Origin: Phoronis australis
Taxonomy: Eukaryota; Animalia; Phoronida
Direction of reading: 5' to 3'
Length of the DNA: 64,000 nucleotides
Assembly (NCBI GenBank): GCA_002633005.1
Contig: NMRA01000483.1
Span: 51,964-115,963, forward strand
Position numbers and translations under genes: made by a program
Part shown: positions 24,001 to 35,437 of the stretch, piece after piece
Layout of the letters: every line of letters starts with the position of its first letter
Position numbering within the stretch: the first letter of the stretch is position 1
The notes under the pieces: generated by a model
The model's database searches: none
Seen by the model: the letters and a program-made list of their open reading frames with translations, nothing else
Told to the model about the DNA's origin: nothing

Positions 24001-26118
24001 TTGTGCCACCAAGTGGCCATTTTTACTGTTTTTTAGTTTGTTTTTTGGCATCCACCCCTCTATCAACTAAACCGCTCTTATGATTATTATGAAAGTTGGC
24101 ATGTCTGTTCTTACTATCAAGAAGATGGCTGAAGATGATTTTCCGACGACTTTGATTACTGTGGCACCTCCTAGTGGCAGTTTTTTTGTGCCCATGGCTC
24201 TATCTCCTACACTGTATGTAGGATTTTTACCAAATTTAGCAAGTGTATTTATATAATTTTGACAACGGACAATGATGACTTTTGCATGGAACAAACTACC
24301 GGTGCGCCTCCTAGTGGCAATTTTATTTTTTTTACGTTTCTGTATCTTTAAAGGTCCTCATCGTATTTTCATAAAACTTGGAATATAGGCATCTAGTGGT
24401 AAGATGACGCTATCATCTGGTTTCGGATGGATTCGAGGTATTGTGCGCCACCTAGTGGGCATTTTAATGATAGAAATGAACAACTCTAGAACTGAGCACA
24501 TCGTTTGCAGTGCATTTGTGGGCACATTTCAACGCTTTGCGTTGCTCTTGTTATGATACTAAAAATACTCATAGAAGCACACTTGGGTGCTGTCATGGGT
24601 GCATTTCAAAGCTTGGTGTTGCTTTTTTATTCAAGACTCCTATGATGCAACCATCAGTACAGCCTCTTTTGGCGGGAAGCACTTACCAGCAGCATCGCTT
24701 ATGGAGTTCGTCCGACTAACCAAGTCAGGTAAAATGGGGTTTTCACTCAACATTAGACACTCACGTTTAGAACAATTTAAAATGTAGCATTAGGTACCTT
24801 GGAGGGACTGTCTTCACCCTGGCTTCGATATTATTAGCTAGACCATTGGGCTCGAGGTAGCTGCCTGTTTTAAGTGCTTAAAATCACCATTTACCTTATT
24901 TTGGCATGTGACTACATTGTCAGCATCATTAAACCTTGCTTTATAGCACTGCATATCACAATCATGTATTCAGTATCCAAAAAAAATCGAATTTAATTGA
25001 AAGTTTCTTAGCTTCTCAGACATCAGTGTGTCAACCATCAGGCCTCTTACTGAGCATTATCTCAACCATCAGGCCTCTTACTGAGCATTATCTCAACCAT
25101 CAGGACTCTTACTGAGCATTATCTCAACCATCAGGCATCTTACTGAGCATTATCTCAACCATCAGGCCTCTTACTGAGCATTATCTCAACCATCAGGCCT
25201 CTTACTGAGCATTATCTCAACCATCAGACCTCTTACTGAGCATTATCTCAACCATCAGGTCACTTACTGAGCATTATCTCAATCATCAGGCCTCCTACTG
25301 AGCATTGTCTCAAGCATGCTGTTTCTTTCAAAGCCCAGAAATCACTTCTCATTTCACCCTTGTTATAAAGTTCATGTAAGTGGTCGAAATCAAATTATAC
25401 TGACTGAAGGCTGGTGCATTGAGATATTCAATGGGTTGGCCTTCATTTTGTTTGGTTAAAAAACATTTTCTCCTAAAATGATTAAACTCCTCCAGCCTTC
25501 TTACTGCAGCACACTTTCAACAGTTTGGAAGAAGCAAAGTTGAACCCTATTTTTCAGTCAAGTGCCTTCTGTGATCAAAACCAGAGATTAATATTTTGTA
25601 CAGTAAACTCAACATGTTGTTCCATTAAAATTTGTACTTAGGTATTGATAAAATGTAGTGTTCAGGAAAGAGTCTGCCAACTACTTTGCTAAATGTTGGT
25701 AGTCTCAGTTGACAGGTTACTTTGCTCCTTCATTTCTGTCGCACATAAATTAAGACCTTAATAATTTGCCAAATAAATAACTCTAATTGGTTTTTTAATT
25801 GGTAACTCCATTCTTCAGTCACTTTGGCTTGAGATGTTGATATCTGTGATTTCAAAATAATACAAGAGAGCAACAAATACATTTTTATACTAATATAAAT
25901 TTGTGTAAAGGGAAGTTTTATTTTGATTGACAGGAGGATTCATCATCATTGGAATTTTGGAGGATTTTCTCACACAAGACCCGGACACGAGAACCTTTGA
26001 GGCTATTCTACAAAAGTTTTGTGACCAGGGGAAATGTCAACTTATTGAGAAAAGAGTTTGTCCTGTGTTTGACTTCAAAAGAAGACCTGGATTTGTTTTT
26101 GTTATTCAGAAAAAATAA
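18024..26118 (+). CDS. METTL27: METTL27/WBSCR27-like methyltransferase, paralog B (5 exons; exon 2 partly in an assembly gap)
   Basis: Exons 18024-18122, (gap)-21535 (AAILDIACGTGLVGLE visible from 21488), 22694-22832, 24636-24728, 25934-26118. The four fully visible exons match paralog A in length (99, 139, 93, 185) and phase. Confidence 0.85.
18462..18515. mobile_element. 54-bp hairpin mini-element with direct-repeat flanks
   Basis: TAGGCAATGACCATCGCCTCTGTT-CGGGCC-AACAGAGGCGATGGTCATTGCCTA, flanked by GATTTTGAC on both sides (18453-18461, 18516-18524). Confidence 0.8.
21243..21487. other. (CT)n microsatellite running into an assembly gap (N 21296-21487)
   Basis: Seen directly in the sequence; the gap hides the 5' part of paralog B exon 2. 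Confidence 0.95.
22901..24470. mobile_element. Helentron/HINE-like non-autonomous element remnant(s)
   Basis: Perfect hairpin TTGTGAATAGTCCTGTTC-CAT-GAACAGGACTATTCACAA (22901-22939) followed by GTTTGTTATTC. Internal ~150-bp direct repeats ~23880-24025 and ~24325-24467, with recurring GC(G)CCACCTAGTGG/AAATTTGG motifs. Continuity across the whole span is uncertain. Confidence 0.45.
25031..25313. repeat. 31-bp minisatellite, ~9 copies (TCAACCATCAGGCCTCTTACTGAGCATTATC)
   Basis: Direct tandem array with few substitutions and no spacers, in intron 4 of paralog B. Confidence 0.95.
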
Positions 26119-27377
26119 TCGGTGGACAGAGTTACAGTGATTTTAGACATTTGAAAAAATAGTCTTGTGACAGAATTCATATTTCTCTATAATTGTCTGT
26201 ATTTTGTCATATCATTCTCAGGAATAGACAATTTGTTAATTGTCAAGTCATTTTTAACATTTCGCATAGATGTAATTGGTGTCTTGGTATAATTTTTGTC
26301 CCATTCCCAGTTGCAATGACTACCCCTAATTTATCTTATGGCATTACACAAGAGTACACACTAGCGTCAGTTTATCAACAGTGTTGCACTCAAGCAAACA
26401 GACACATGGTTTACTAGTTACATAATAGTTCTCTGGCCTTTGGACACTCATTTGATTGGCTATTCCTTGTCAGTTTACACACAGTAATTTCAACTAGAGT
26501 TGGCTATTGGGGCTTTGACAGTAGCTGTGTTCCCATGTATTTGGATATATTTCAAGAAAAAATTAACAGGCTGAAGTCCACAAGTGGTCATGTCCTTACT
26601 GATTGCCGCAAGTTGCTCAGTTGTCATAACAGTCTCAGTAATTAAGTAAGCAAACCCTTGTAACTCATGAATAAAAGTTCCTGCAATAAGTCCAGGCAAA
26701 TTTGGTGGAGTCAGAACAGAGATAAATGGTATTGCAAATGCAAAAATTTTCCGATTATTACTATTGATTTGGCACACAAACCCATGATAACCCCGGAAGT
26801 TATGTAAGTAGGATGAGCATAGATCCATCCATTTCTTGATATAGCAGGTACTGAAATACGCTTTGTCCAGTCACCAGGAGCCGGGGGTCTAATGTTTACT
26901 AAAACCGAAACTGTAATTATTTTTAGCATTTTCTAGTGTACTTTTGTGTGAACTCGAGNCCCCGTTCTCTGGATGTCACCATATTTGTACCGACCGTCCA
27001 CGTCCCCCATAGGTGGGTTGGGAGGTAATAACAGAGATGCAGCCCGAGTCACCGTGAACCAACAAAGTTTCACGGAGAGTAAGAATGGGTTTAGGGCCAG
27101 CACACCGACTCACTTGAGACAGGCAGGTTAGCTCGCACCTATTCCTCTGCGCTGGCTCTAATATCAAGATTTGTTTTATTAAGATCAATTCGGGAAAACT
27201 TCATTTTATCATGGCTATATTTTCGAAGGAATTTTTTGGAAAGGTGAGGTCCCGAGGTCCCAGGTATGAGTGCCTTTGTGGTCGTTTCAAAATCCCTTGA
27301 AACCAATGAGCTCCTGGTATAGCTCATTGATGAAACACAGCCGGTAGTCCAGTTTCTTGTGGCTGAGGGAAATGATA

Positions 27378-27765
27378 CAGAGTGTCCCAAAAACTTCAAC
27401 GCCTAGAGTTCAAATTCAGCTCCAGTGGATCACTGAGATTCTGCGCAGGCCATTGCATGGTTACACCTTATCGTGGGTGCGTCAGTCATCGCATGCTCCG
27501 TGTGTGTAGTTTGCACAGGAATGGAAAGCAAATGATTCAGTTTTGAAGAAAATCCATTACGCAATACAATTTGAAACTAACAACACGGAGGTAGTTTAAA
27601 GAGAACCTTTCCAAGTTGATGAACAACAAGTCTAATTTCATTTATTTAAGTACTTAAACTTCTTTTTCTATCAACGGTTTGTGAAATTAAACGCACTAAT
27701 CTATTTCCTAAGTCAATAATCAATTTATTGTCATTTGAATTGTGAGAAAATTTTGGGACACTTTG
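27378..27765. mobile_element. Tc1/mariner-type MITE (copy 2)
   Basis: TA|CAGAGTGTCCCAAAAA ... TTTTGGGACACTTTG|TA; TA TSD at 27376-27377 and 27766-27767. Confidence 0.7.
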
Positions 27766-28350
27766 TAGAGCCGTCCGACATTCATCAATATCTTTGAGAC
27801 TTCAGATAGACAAATCAAATCGTTTAGTGTACTGTGCTATTTAGATATCTGATTGCAACTAAGTTCGTTAAAGCATTGTCATTTCTTACAAGATTAGCTT
27901 CTAATTGTAAAAAATCATCTGTCAGTCGCCCCATTTTCGTAGATACATAAACATTTAATTCAGAAACCAGCAATCGAATCCATGAACAATGCGTTTACCT
28001 TGATTTAATGACTTCATTCCTTTTTGATCCCCTGTTAGTGAGTTTTAACGACAAATCTTGTACTGAAGTCAAAAAGCAATGCATTTATTGTCATTTGAAT
28101 TGTGATTAAATTTTTGGGAATTGTCCAAATTTCATCAATGTCTTTGTGTGAGTTGTTATAGATAGGAAAGAAGCGTCCGAGTGCACTTTACTATTTGGAG
28201 ATGGGATTATAGTTTTTTCCATATTCAGGCTTCAACTGAATTCCCTGAAACAATATCATTTCTTAAAATATTAGCTTCTAATTGCCAAAAATCATCTTAT
28301 AGCCTTTCGGTTTTCTTATATACGTAAACATGTAAATCAGAAACCAACGA
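27620..28350 (+). repeat. Diverged ~360-bp tandem duplication
   Basis: ATGAACAA..., ATTTATTGTCATTTGAATTGTGA..., ATTAGCTTCTAATTG..AAAAATCATCT and CAGAAACCA each recur about 360-380 bp apart. Confidence 0.7.
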
Positions 28351-29253
28351 ATTTGTTTATCAAAACTGAATGTTATAAGCAATTTCCGCAGGCATGATCG
28401 CAGATTTTTGACGGGAACACGGGAGATGGGGGATTCACATTAAGGTATATTTGTGCTCATTTCCGAGATACCTATAACGGTTTGCGAGTTTAAGTTGAAC
28501 TCCAAAAAAGCGCTGAAATATTTGTTTATTATTTCGAATATTTTGAGTACCTCCGTTCGACATGTACACGGTCACCACAGTCGTTTCGACATGTGTGAAT
28601 CAACAGATCCCAGTAACGACCATCAAAAGAAATTCTATTCTTGTGATACTGTTGGAAAATTATAATAAGTATTTGTAGCTAACCATCGGAAGTAGCCTTT
28701 TTGTGTAATTCACAAATAGTGATCTTCACGTTCTTCAAAATTCCAACTTTTTGATGGTGGTCAATCCTATTGGGTTTTTCACATTAATTTTTTGGTTGTT
28801 TGGGTCGAATGTTTTGATACTGCTTTGCTGTGCACGGTTGTTTTGTGTTTTTGATGAATTTTGAATCTTAACTTTTCCTCGTGAATAGTTGGCAGTGTCG
28901 GATTTTCATGTCTAGAGGGACACCCGAACCGCTCCACGGAGAAGGAGTCCCGCCTGAAAAGGGACACCTAAGATGAAAGGCTACACATCATTAAGCTTGG
29001 AAAACAGTGACAGTTCATTCCATTGTCGGGTGACCTTGCAAGAAGTGACTTTACTCAGTCAGCATGACAGCCGGTTGTACGATTTCACAAAAACAGGAAA
29101 ATAGAGATAATCGATTCCAACATTGGGCCCCCTCTTGGTGAGCGGGCCCCTTGAGCATTTGCCAATAAAAACACGAAAAGGGTGGCCACTTAAATGTCAT
29201 CAATGACGCTCTTCAAGAGCTGTGCCCCTAAATAGGAAAAGATCTATATTTTA

Positions 29254-29765
29254 CATGCGCGCACCTAGCCTAAAATATAGATGGCTTGAATTTTTCGTTA
29301 TTTGGACCTTTTACTGAATAAGAGGAGGCAGTGTGGCCTGGTTGATAAGTGCCCGCTTGCTTTACTCGAGTTCGTGGGTTCAAGTCCCACCAGGTCACAC
29401 TGCTAAACCCTTGAGCCAGGTTTCTAGCTCCTCAGCTCGGTTTTAACCATATTAATAAAGCATAAAAATATTTCCAGGTGATCAGTGCAATGGGTCCACA
29501 TGCGAGGCCTGCGCACGTCTGGTACAACGTGTATCAGACCGCCTGCAATTATTTTTTATTTTTTTACTGAATAAAATTAACGGGGACTAAAAAAGGGGGC
29601 CACTAGGTTCAGGCCTACGAATTGTGCATCCGCGCCGACTTCCTGTAGACTTCGTGCATTGTGGACTTTTGTCCCATTTACTCGGACTTTTTGTTTCACT
29701 GAGGCGGACCATTTTGCCCAGTTCGCCAAATTGGAGGCCCCCGAGCCCCCCTGGGTGCGCCCATG
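29254..29765 (+). mobile_element. CATGCGCGCACC-TIR MITE interrupted by a SINE
   Basis: TIRs CATGCGCGCACC / GGTGCGCCCATG. The body is colinear with 52162-52416 once 29322-29574 is removed. Confidence 0.75.
29322..29561 (+). mobile_element. tRNA-derived SINE with 13-bp TSD
   Basis: A box GTGGCCTGGTTG; B box GGTTCAAGTCCC; CCCTTGAGCCAGG core-like motif; ATT/T-rich tail; TSD TTTTACTGAATAA at 29309-29321 and 29562-29574. Confidence 0.8.
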
Positions 29766-30844
29766 TTTTCAAGTCAGGAAATGCGCAGCAATTGATTTTT
29801 TTATGTTAATTGTCAGGCCATCAATTTTCTCAAGTGATTACACAACATAGAGAAAGAAAATCACGAAAAAATAGAGTGACACTTGTTTTTGTTACCTTTC
29901 GATGGAGCAGGGCCTCTGGAAAATATAATTTTAAATTTCTGAATTTGCAAAACTGTCTTATTGAATTTAAAAATCCAGTGAAGTAATGTGCCCCGCAATT
30001 GCAAATTTTGTCGATTTTCGAAATACATGTATGAATGATACAGTGCACGTTTTCAAGTGCGTTTAGACGACTTAGGTACCTACGTGAATGCAACAAAAAC
30101 GGAGACTCTAAGAACAATGTCCTGGCCAGGGCTCTCGAAGGGTAAACCATGCACTGATACTGACTTGTCAAATGTTTTCTTGAATTTTCTCTCTTATTCG
30201 TATTCGTAGTCTTTCTTTTCCCGACTGTCCTCGGCCCCAAGCCTATGTCGGTTGACATGGTTTTAACCATGACGCCTACAAATTTTTGGGGGGCACGGAC
30301 CCCCCGCTTCTTACGGCTCTGTACAGCTGGCTGGCTATTAATGAGACATAGCATAAGTGACAGGCACTCTCACACTCCTCTCACACTCCTCTTATTTTCA
30401 TTGAATTATCCTAATTTGAGAGGCGTCTACATTTATTTTCATTAAAGTAGTAGGGCCCAGCTTTCAGATTATTAGAAATGTCATAAATAAAAGAGGACCT
30501 TATAATAAAGATGAAGAGGCAAGAAAAAATGTAATAAATGAGTAAATAAAGTGAGTAAACAAAGTCCACAAAGTGGTGAGAAGATTTAAGGAACGTAGTG
30601 AAGTCCGCTAGCAGATCCCCTGGGTCCCATCTCGATGCACGACCGTACAGCAAGGTGTTTTCAAGAATTAATGTTTCGTAAAATGCCCGGTAACTACCGG
30701 AACACAAAACAAAAATACAGCCCGGTGAATTTGAACTATCGCTAGCTACAGACAAACCACTGGCCGGTCTCTAATCTTTGTACTCGAAACGAACTCGGAA
30801 TTGTATTTGTCAATTTCTCTGCTCCTTTTATCCGAACTCAATAT

Positions 30845-31120
30845 CCCAAATACACGATACACGAACTCATACACGGGTCACGGACTCATCGGCTTCCCAG
30901 GTCAGCTGACATCTACATTTTGTCCGTAAATCGTGTTTGGCGGTCGTTAACCGTGTTTCTTTGTGAATGTGAGTCCGTGTCCCGTGTATTTGGGTGAATG
31001 GATCGTGTTTTGTAAGTCCGTTCCCGTGTTTGTGAGTCGGTGGACGGTGTTTGCAGGTCCGTGAGTCGTGTTCATGCGTCCGTGACCGTGTTTATGAGTC
31101 CGTTAACCGTGTAGTTTAGG
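30845..31120. repeat. Palindromic element built from ACACG/CGTGT/CACGG motifs
   Basis: The left end CCCAAATACACG..ACTCATACACGGGTCACGGACTCAT is imperfectly mirrored by ATGCGTCCGTGACCGTGTTTATGAGTCCG..CCGTGTAGTTTAGG; the interior has many CGTGT repeats. Confidence 0.6.
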
Positions 31121-33237
31121 TAGGCCTACCTTGAATATAAGCGGCATGAGACTGTGCTCGAATACATTAGTTTATGCCTATGGGTTTCTAGTCTAAGTTT
31201 GCATTTGAAAACCCTTATATCCATGCTACAATCTCACAGCACAAATATGCAGTAGTTTTAAGGGAATAGAGTGGAGTCGCTATTTGGGACTGATTCACTG
31301 GACCCCCATCATCCGTAAACCATCAGGTTTCGGAAATGGGTAGCGAAATTGGGGTGGGTTGTGTTTAATGGAACTGGAATCAAGAGGGGTAGGGGGTTGA
31401 AAACCAGCAACAGATGGAATTCCTGTCTGCATTCCAATGAACCTGCCTTATATGCCCATAGCCAAGACGCCTATTGGATACACAGTCCATTTAGGGTAGC
31501 TTTTACGATGCATTCACACTTTTTGAAATCAATTATCGACAGTTAGTTAAGGCATATTCAGCCTACATCGGCAGGTAAAAGTGGCCAACTTCAAAGTAAA
31601 TAACATAAGGAAGCCTTATTTCCTGACTTGATGTTTTAAGACCCGTGTCAAAACAAAAGTCTAAAGAAACGACATTGTCACTGAGTGTGACTGAGTTTCC
31701 AAGATAGCACACACACTACCGAAGTACCCACCGATGTAAGACTCAATGTGCTTTTAAAAGAACACTTCCTTCGACACTTCTTATGGAAAATTATCATGCG
31801 GGTTACCAAACCAAACAACATTTATTAAGCACTGAAGTCCATATTATGATTATATAATATAAATTATTGACCAACGATGGCCAGAATGTTAACTGTATGG
31901 GATCACAAGACATAATTTAAATAAATAGCAGCGAACCAATAAAAACAATGAATAAATGAATAATAATAAATAAAGAATAATAAAAGAAATATATGATAAT
32001 ATAACAATAATAAAATTAGTAAATAAGTAGTAATAGTAAATATTATGAATTTTTAGATCTGAATGTATTAAGACTGCAGAAAAAAAATGAAAGAAAGTAA
32101 TCAATGGGCATAGAAAAAAATAATCGATAGTTCCCAAAATCATGCAAACAATTAACGATAATTTTCTATATAAGCGATCAAATGCAGGGAACAGTAAAGA
32201 CATTAAGATCAAATCACCCAGTCCATCTCTGGTTGACTGGCAGCAGTTTCACGCAAAAACATTCTTTGTTTCAATCGTGAACATCATCTATCTTAATCAG
32301 TGGGGAAGCAAAAAAGTCACGAATTTTCAATTAACTGTTGCTTCAAACGCAGGTATTGCGAAAAGCACCGTTGCTTTTTACCGACTGGAACGTCATGTCT
32401 TGCCATATTTGTTTATTGCACACACGTCCGCTAGATGTCTCTACGGTCCATGCAACAACAGTGGCCGCCGGTGGCCGTTCAGTGGGATTTCGCTAGGTGG
32501 TTTGTCTCCCTCTCAACCGGTCTCTGGTAATACCCAGTGCAAGTGCTGGCGTTCGTTTTAACGTGAAAACGATCATCTGGTTTTGTGAATGGACAATAGA
32601 GACCGCTACCTCCATGACTGTAAATTATAAATAACCACAAGAAATATTTGAAAACTTGAATGGTATATACTTACAACATGATAAAATACAAAAGTACACA
32701 TGCATGTTACGGAGCGTGTAGACATCCGTTGCAGTTTTCGCAAGAGCAGATCTCAGAGAAAAAATCATGAGCAAGAGTGGCAAATTCATTTAAGGCAGTA
32801 CATTGTCTCGTTACTGATGGCAATGAGTGAATGAGTTCCACAGCAATACGTTAGTACTGACGCTAGGTGGTACCGTCTCTGACGATACCTGCCTGCTGGC
32901 TGAGCTAAGCACGCAGGGAACCAGAGAGTAGATTACTTAGCCCTCGCCTCCGGGGCAAAGCTGTATACGCATTTGTCATTTGGACGATAGCTAGGACTAT
33001 GAGGACGATAGACATCGAGCGGACTGCCGGAAATAATCAATGCAAACTATCGCGGCTTGTCCATTACAGTCCCTTTGGGGAGGCAAGCTCTTCCACTGGA
33101 GGGTAAGAGTAATTCGATGGATTTTACATCCCATTTCCTATTATTTTATATTAATATCAATAAAATGGGGTGCAAAAAAGAACTCAACTTACAATAATTT
33201 TTTCAGATACTACAAATTTCTCTTAAGCTACCATGTT

Positions 33238-33311
33238 GGCCGGTTAGCTCAGTTGGTTAGAGCGTCGTGCTAATAACGCGAATGTCGTGGGTTCGACCCC
33301 CACACTGGCCA
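33238..33311 (+). tRNA. trnI-AAT: tRNA-Ile(AAT)
   Basis: Full cloverleaf: acceptor GGCCGGT/ACTGGCC, D arm GCTC-AGTTGGTTA-GAGC, anticodon arm TCGTG-CTAATAA-CGCGA, T arm GTGGG-TTCGACC-CCCAC, discriminator A. Confidence 0.95.
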
Positions 33312-33314
33312 AGG

Positions 33315-33320
33315 TTTTTT
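33315..33320 (+). terminator. Pol III terminator (T6) of tRNA-Ile
   Basis: TTTTTT begins 4 nt after the tRNA 3' end. Confidence 0.8.
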
Positions 33321-35318
33321 CGTCGTGTCATTTCACACAACTCAACACTATTTTATTTTTTTTTAATCCACCTAAACACAGACGTTAATAATCAAATTAG
33401 TTTGACCCTGTGTGGTGAGAGATGAATAGGTTGTGACTAGTGGCGGTTATAGGGAGGGGGGGAGGCTATGGCCCCCCTAAAATTATTCCAGATACCATTT
33501 GGCAGTTCGGAGTGCGAATTGCTGACTAGCTCATGTGCGCACCCAGGGGTAGGGATCGGAAGGCGAATCACGCGAAATCCCCCCGTCCACGAGGCCTAGT
33601 GATTGAAAATTTCTCTTCGAAGTACAAATCACCTTACCACACAGGTGACAATTTGAAAGAGCACAAAATGCTACTTGAGACAGGGCCTATGAGAACTTGC
33701 AACAGGGCGGGTGGGCTATTGATGGCGACCGGGAGGTAAATTTTTCCCTCACTCGGCGAAAACTGAAATTCCCCTCTCAGAGACAGGCACCTTTTCCCCT
33801 CGGATAATGAGGCCCATGAAGAAACGTGATAACTATGCTTGCTCTGAAACTGAGCTCTAAAACGAGATTATGCTTTAGACGAACGAATTAGGTGTTTTAA
33901 TTTTAAAATTCACTGAACTTTGTCCAGACTGATATTTAACCCATCAATTAGACGCGTCCGCAAGAATGAAAACCAAGAAAGCAGAATTGATTTTCAAGTA
34001 AATTTTATTTTCAATTATTAGCCGCGTGAGTTACGTCTATTGTTATGTGAGTGGTCCATCATCCGCGTGACTGACGCTCATCATTCATTTCGTAGGCTAG
34101 GCATCCCCTCTTGTGCAAGAATGTTTTAAACGGTACCCGTGCATTCGATCGCTACTGGTATTAAAGTCTGCAGAACACGCCCACCGATCTGTTGACTTAC
34201 GGTCTCTAGTTTTAGTTTTAAGTGTTGACAATGTCCCTACCGTTTTCGCTGCCTTTAGCAATGAGGTAAATGTACAGCTCGTTGGTCTTAGCTTTTGTAT
34301 TTGTGATAAGCGTTATCTGGTGGTGGAATTTGGAACTACTATTCCAAACGCACTTCTATTAAAGTTGTAAACAGAAATAAACTACCAAACTGATCTGTCG
34401 TCAGTTAATTTAATAACACAGTTACAATATTTAATAGGTGTAATTGGGAAGCTCTTGCTTTTACAAAAGAAAAAATCCATTAAAATAATACGTTTTTTAA
34501 TAAAGATTGACTATTTTAATTTCAGATCTTTCATAGGCCTACCTTCTTCTGGTAAAGAACATTTCAACATTTTACATTAGGCCAATGCCGACAGCTATCA
34601 AAAGTTACTGTCTTATCAAATTAGATAGGAACTGACACTTCTTGTGGTTTTGACCCTCCAAAAAGAACATCCTCAAATTTTAGAATGATTAATCCATTGC
34701 AATGTTGATTAGACTTTGTTATTAAGAAAAATATATTTTCCGATACAAAAAGAGAAAGGAGGTCGTCTCTAAATATCCAGTTTTTAATGTTCCCATCTCG
34801 CAGCTTCTCAGACGATGCTGCCCCATCTTGATGATACCCGACTTGATGTTCCTCCACCGCATGTCCCCTCAGATGTGCGTTCCTCGAAAATTTTATCAAA
34901 TACCCGACCATCAGATTTGTCCTTTGTAGATTCGGGCCAACACATTTTTGTTTGCAGGATCCTCATTTTTCAAGAAATTGCAGCATGTTTCGTCTGTGCT
35001 CACTTAAAAAACGTGCAGTTAGTACACATGATTCAGATAACAATTTAGGGAATGCAAAACTATTATCCCCCCAAGACCCCTTCTTGGCGAGGGACAACGG
35101 CGTCATTTGTTACTTACATGTAGTCTTTCTTTTTCCATCTTTTACATGATAGCGGGCCTAAATCATTTGGTATGAATTCCAGCTCTTGGAAGGTAACGAT
35201 GGCTACACTCTTTCTTCTCCCTCTTTCTCTTAAGAAATCAGTCACGGAGACGTTCCCATAGAATAAGTTGGTTCCCTTTTCTTGTTTTGATAAATTGTAC
35301 AAACTTCTATGTTAAGGA

Positions 35319-35437
35319 AGGTAACCCGATGATGGAAGTAGGGTGACCCGATGATGGAAGTAGGGTGACCCGATGATGGAAGGAGGGTGAGCTTATGATA
35401 GAAGTAGGGTGACCCGATTGTGGAAGGAGGGTGATCC
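35319..35437. repeat. 22-bp minisatellite, ~5 copies (GGGTGACCCGATGATGGAAGTA)
   Basis: Direct tandem array. Confidence 0.9.

Noticed and set aside
25031-25313. 31-bp repeats as a CRISPR array
   Set aside because: The units are contiguous with no unique spacers, lie in a eukaryotic intron, and no cas genes are present.
31889-32212. Hydrophobic 107-aa ORF as a membrane protein
   Set aside because: An artefact of AT-rich low-complexity (AAT)n-like sequence read on the minus strand.
34621-35302. Minus-strand ORFs with a faint HIRAN-like pattern (DPANKNV...MVGYL)
   Set aside because: Needs frameshifts and stops and the motif match is too weak to support.
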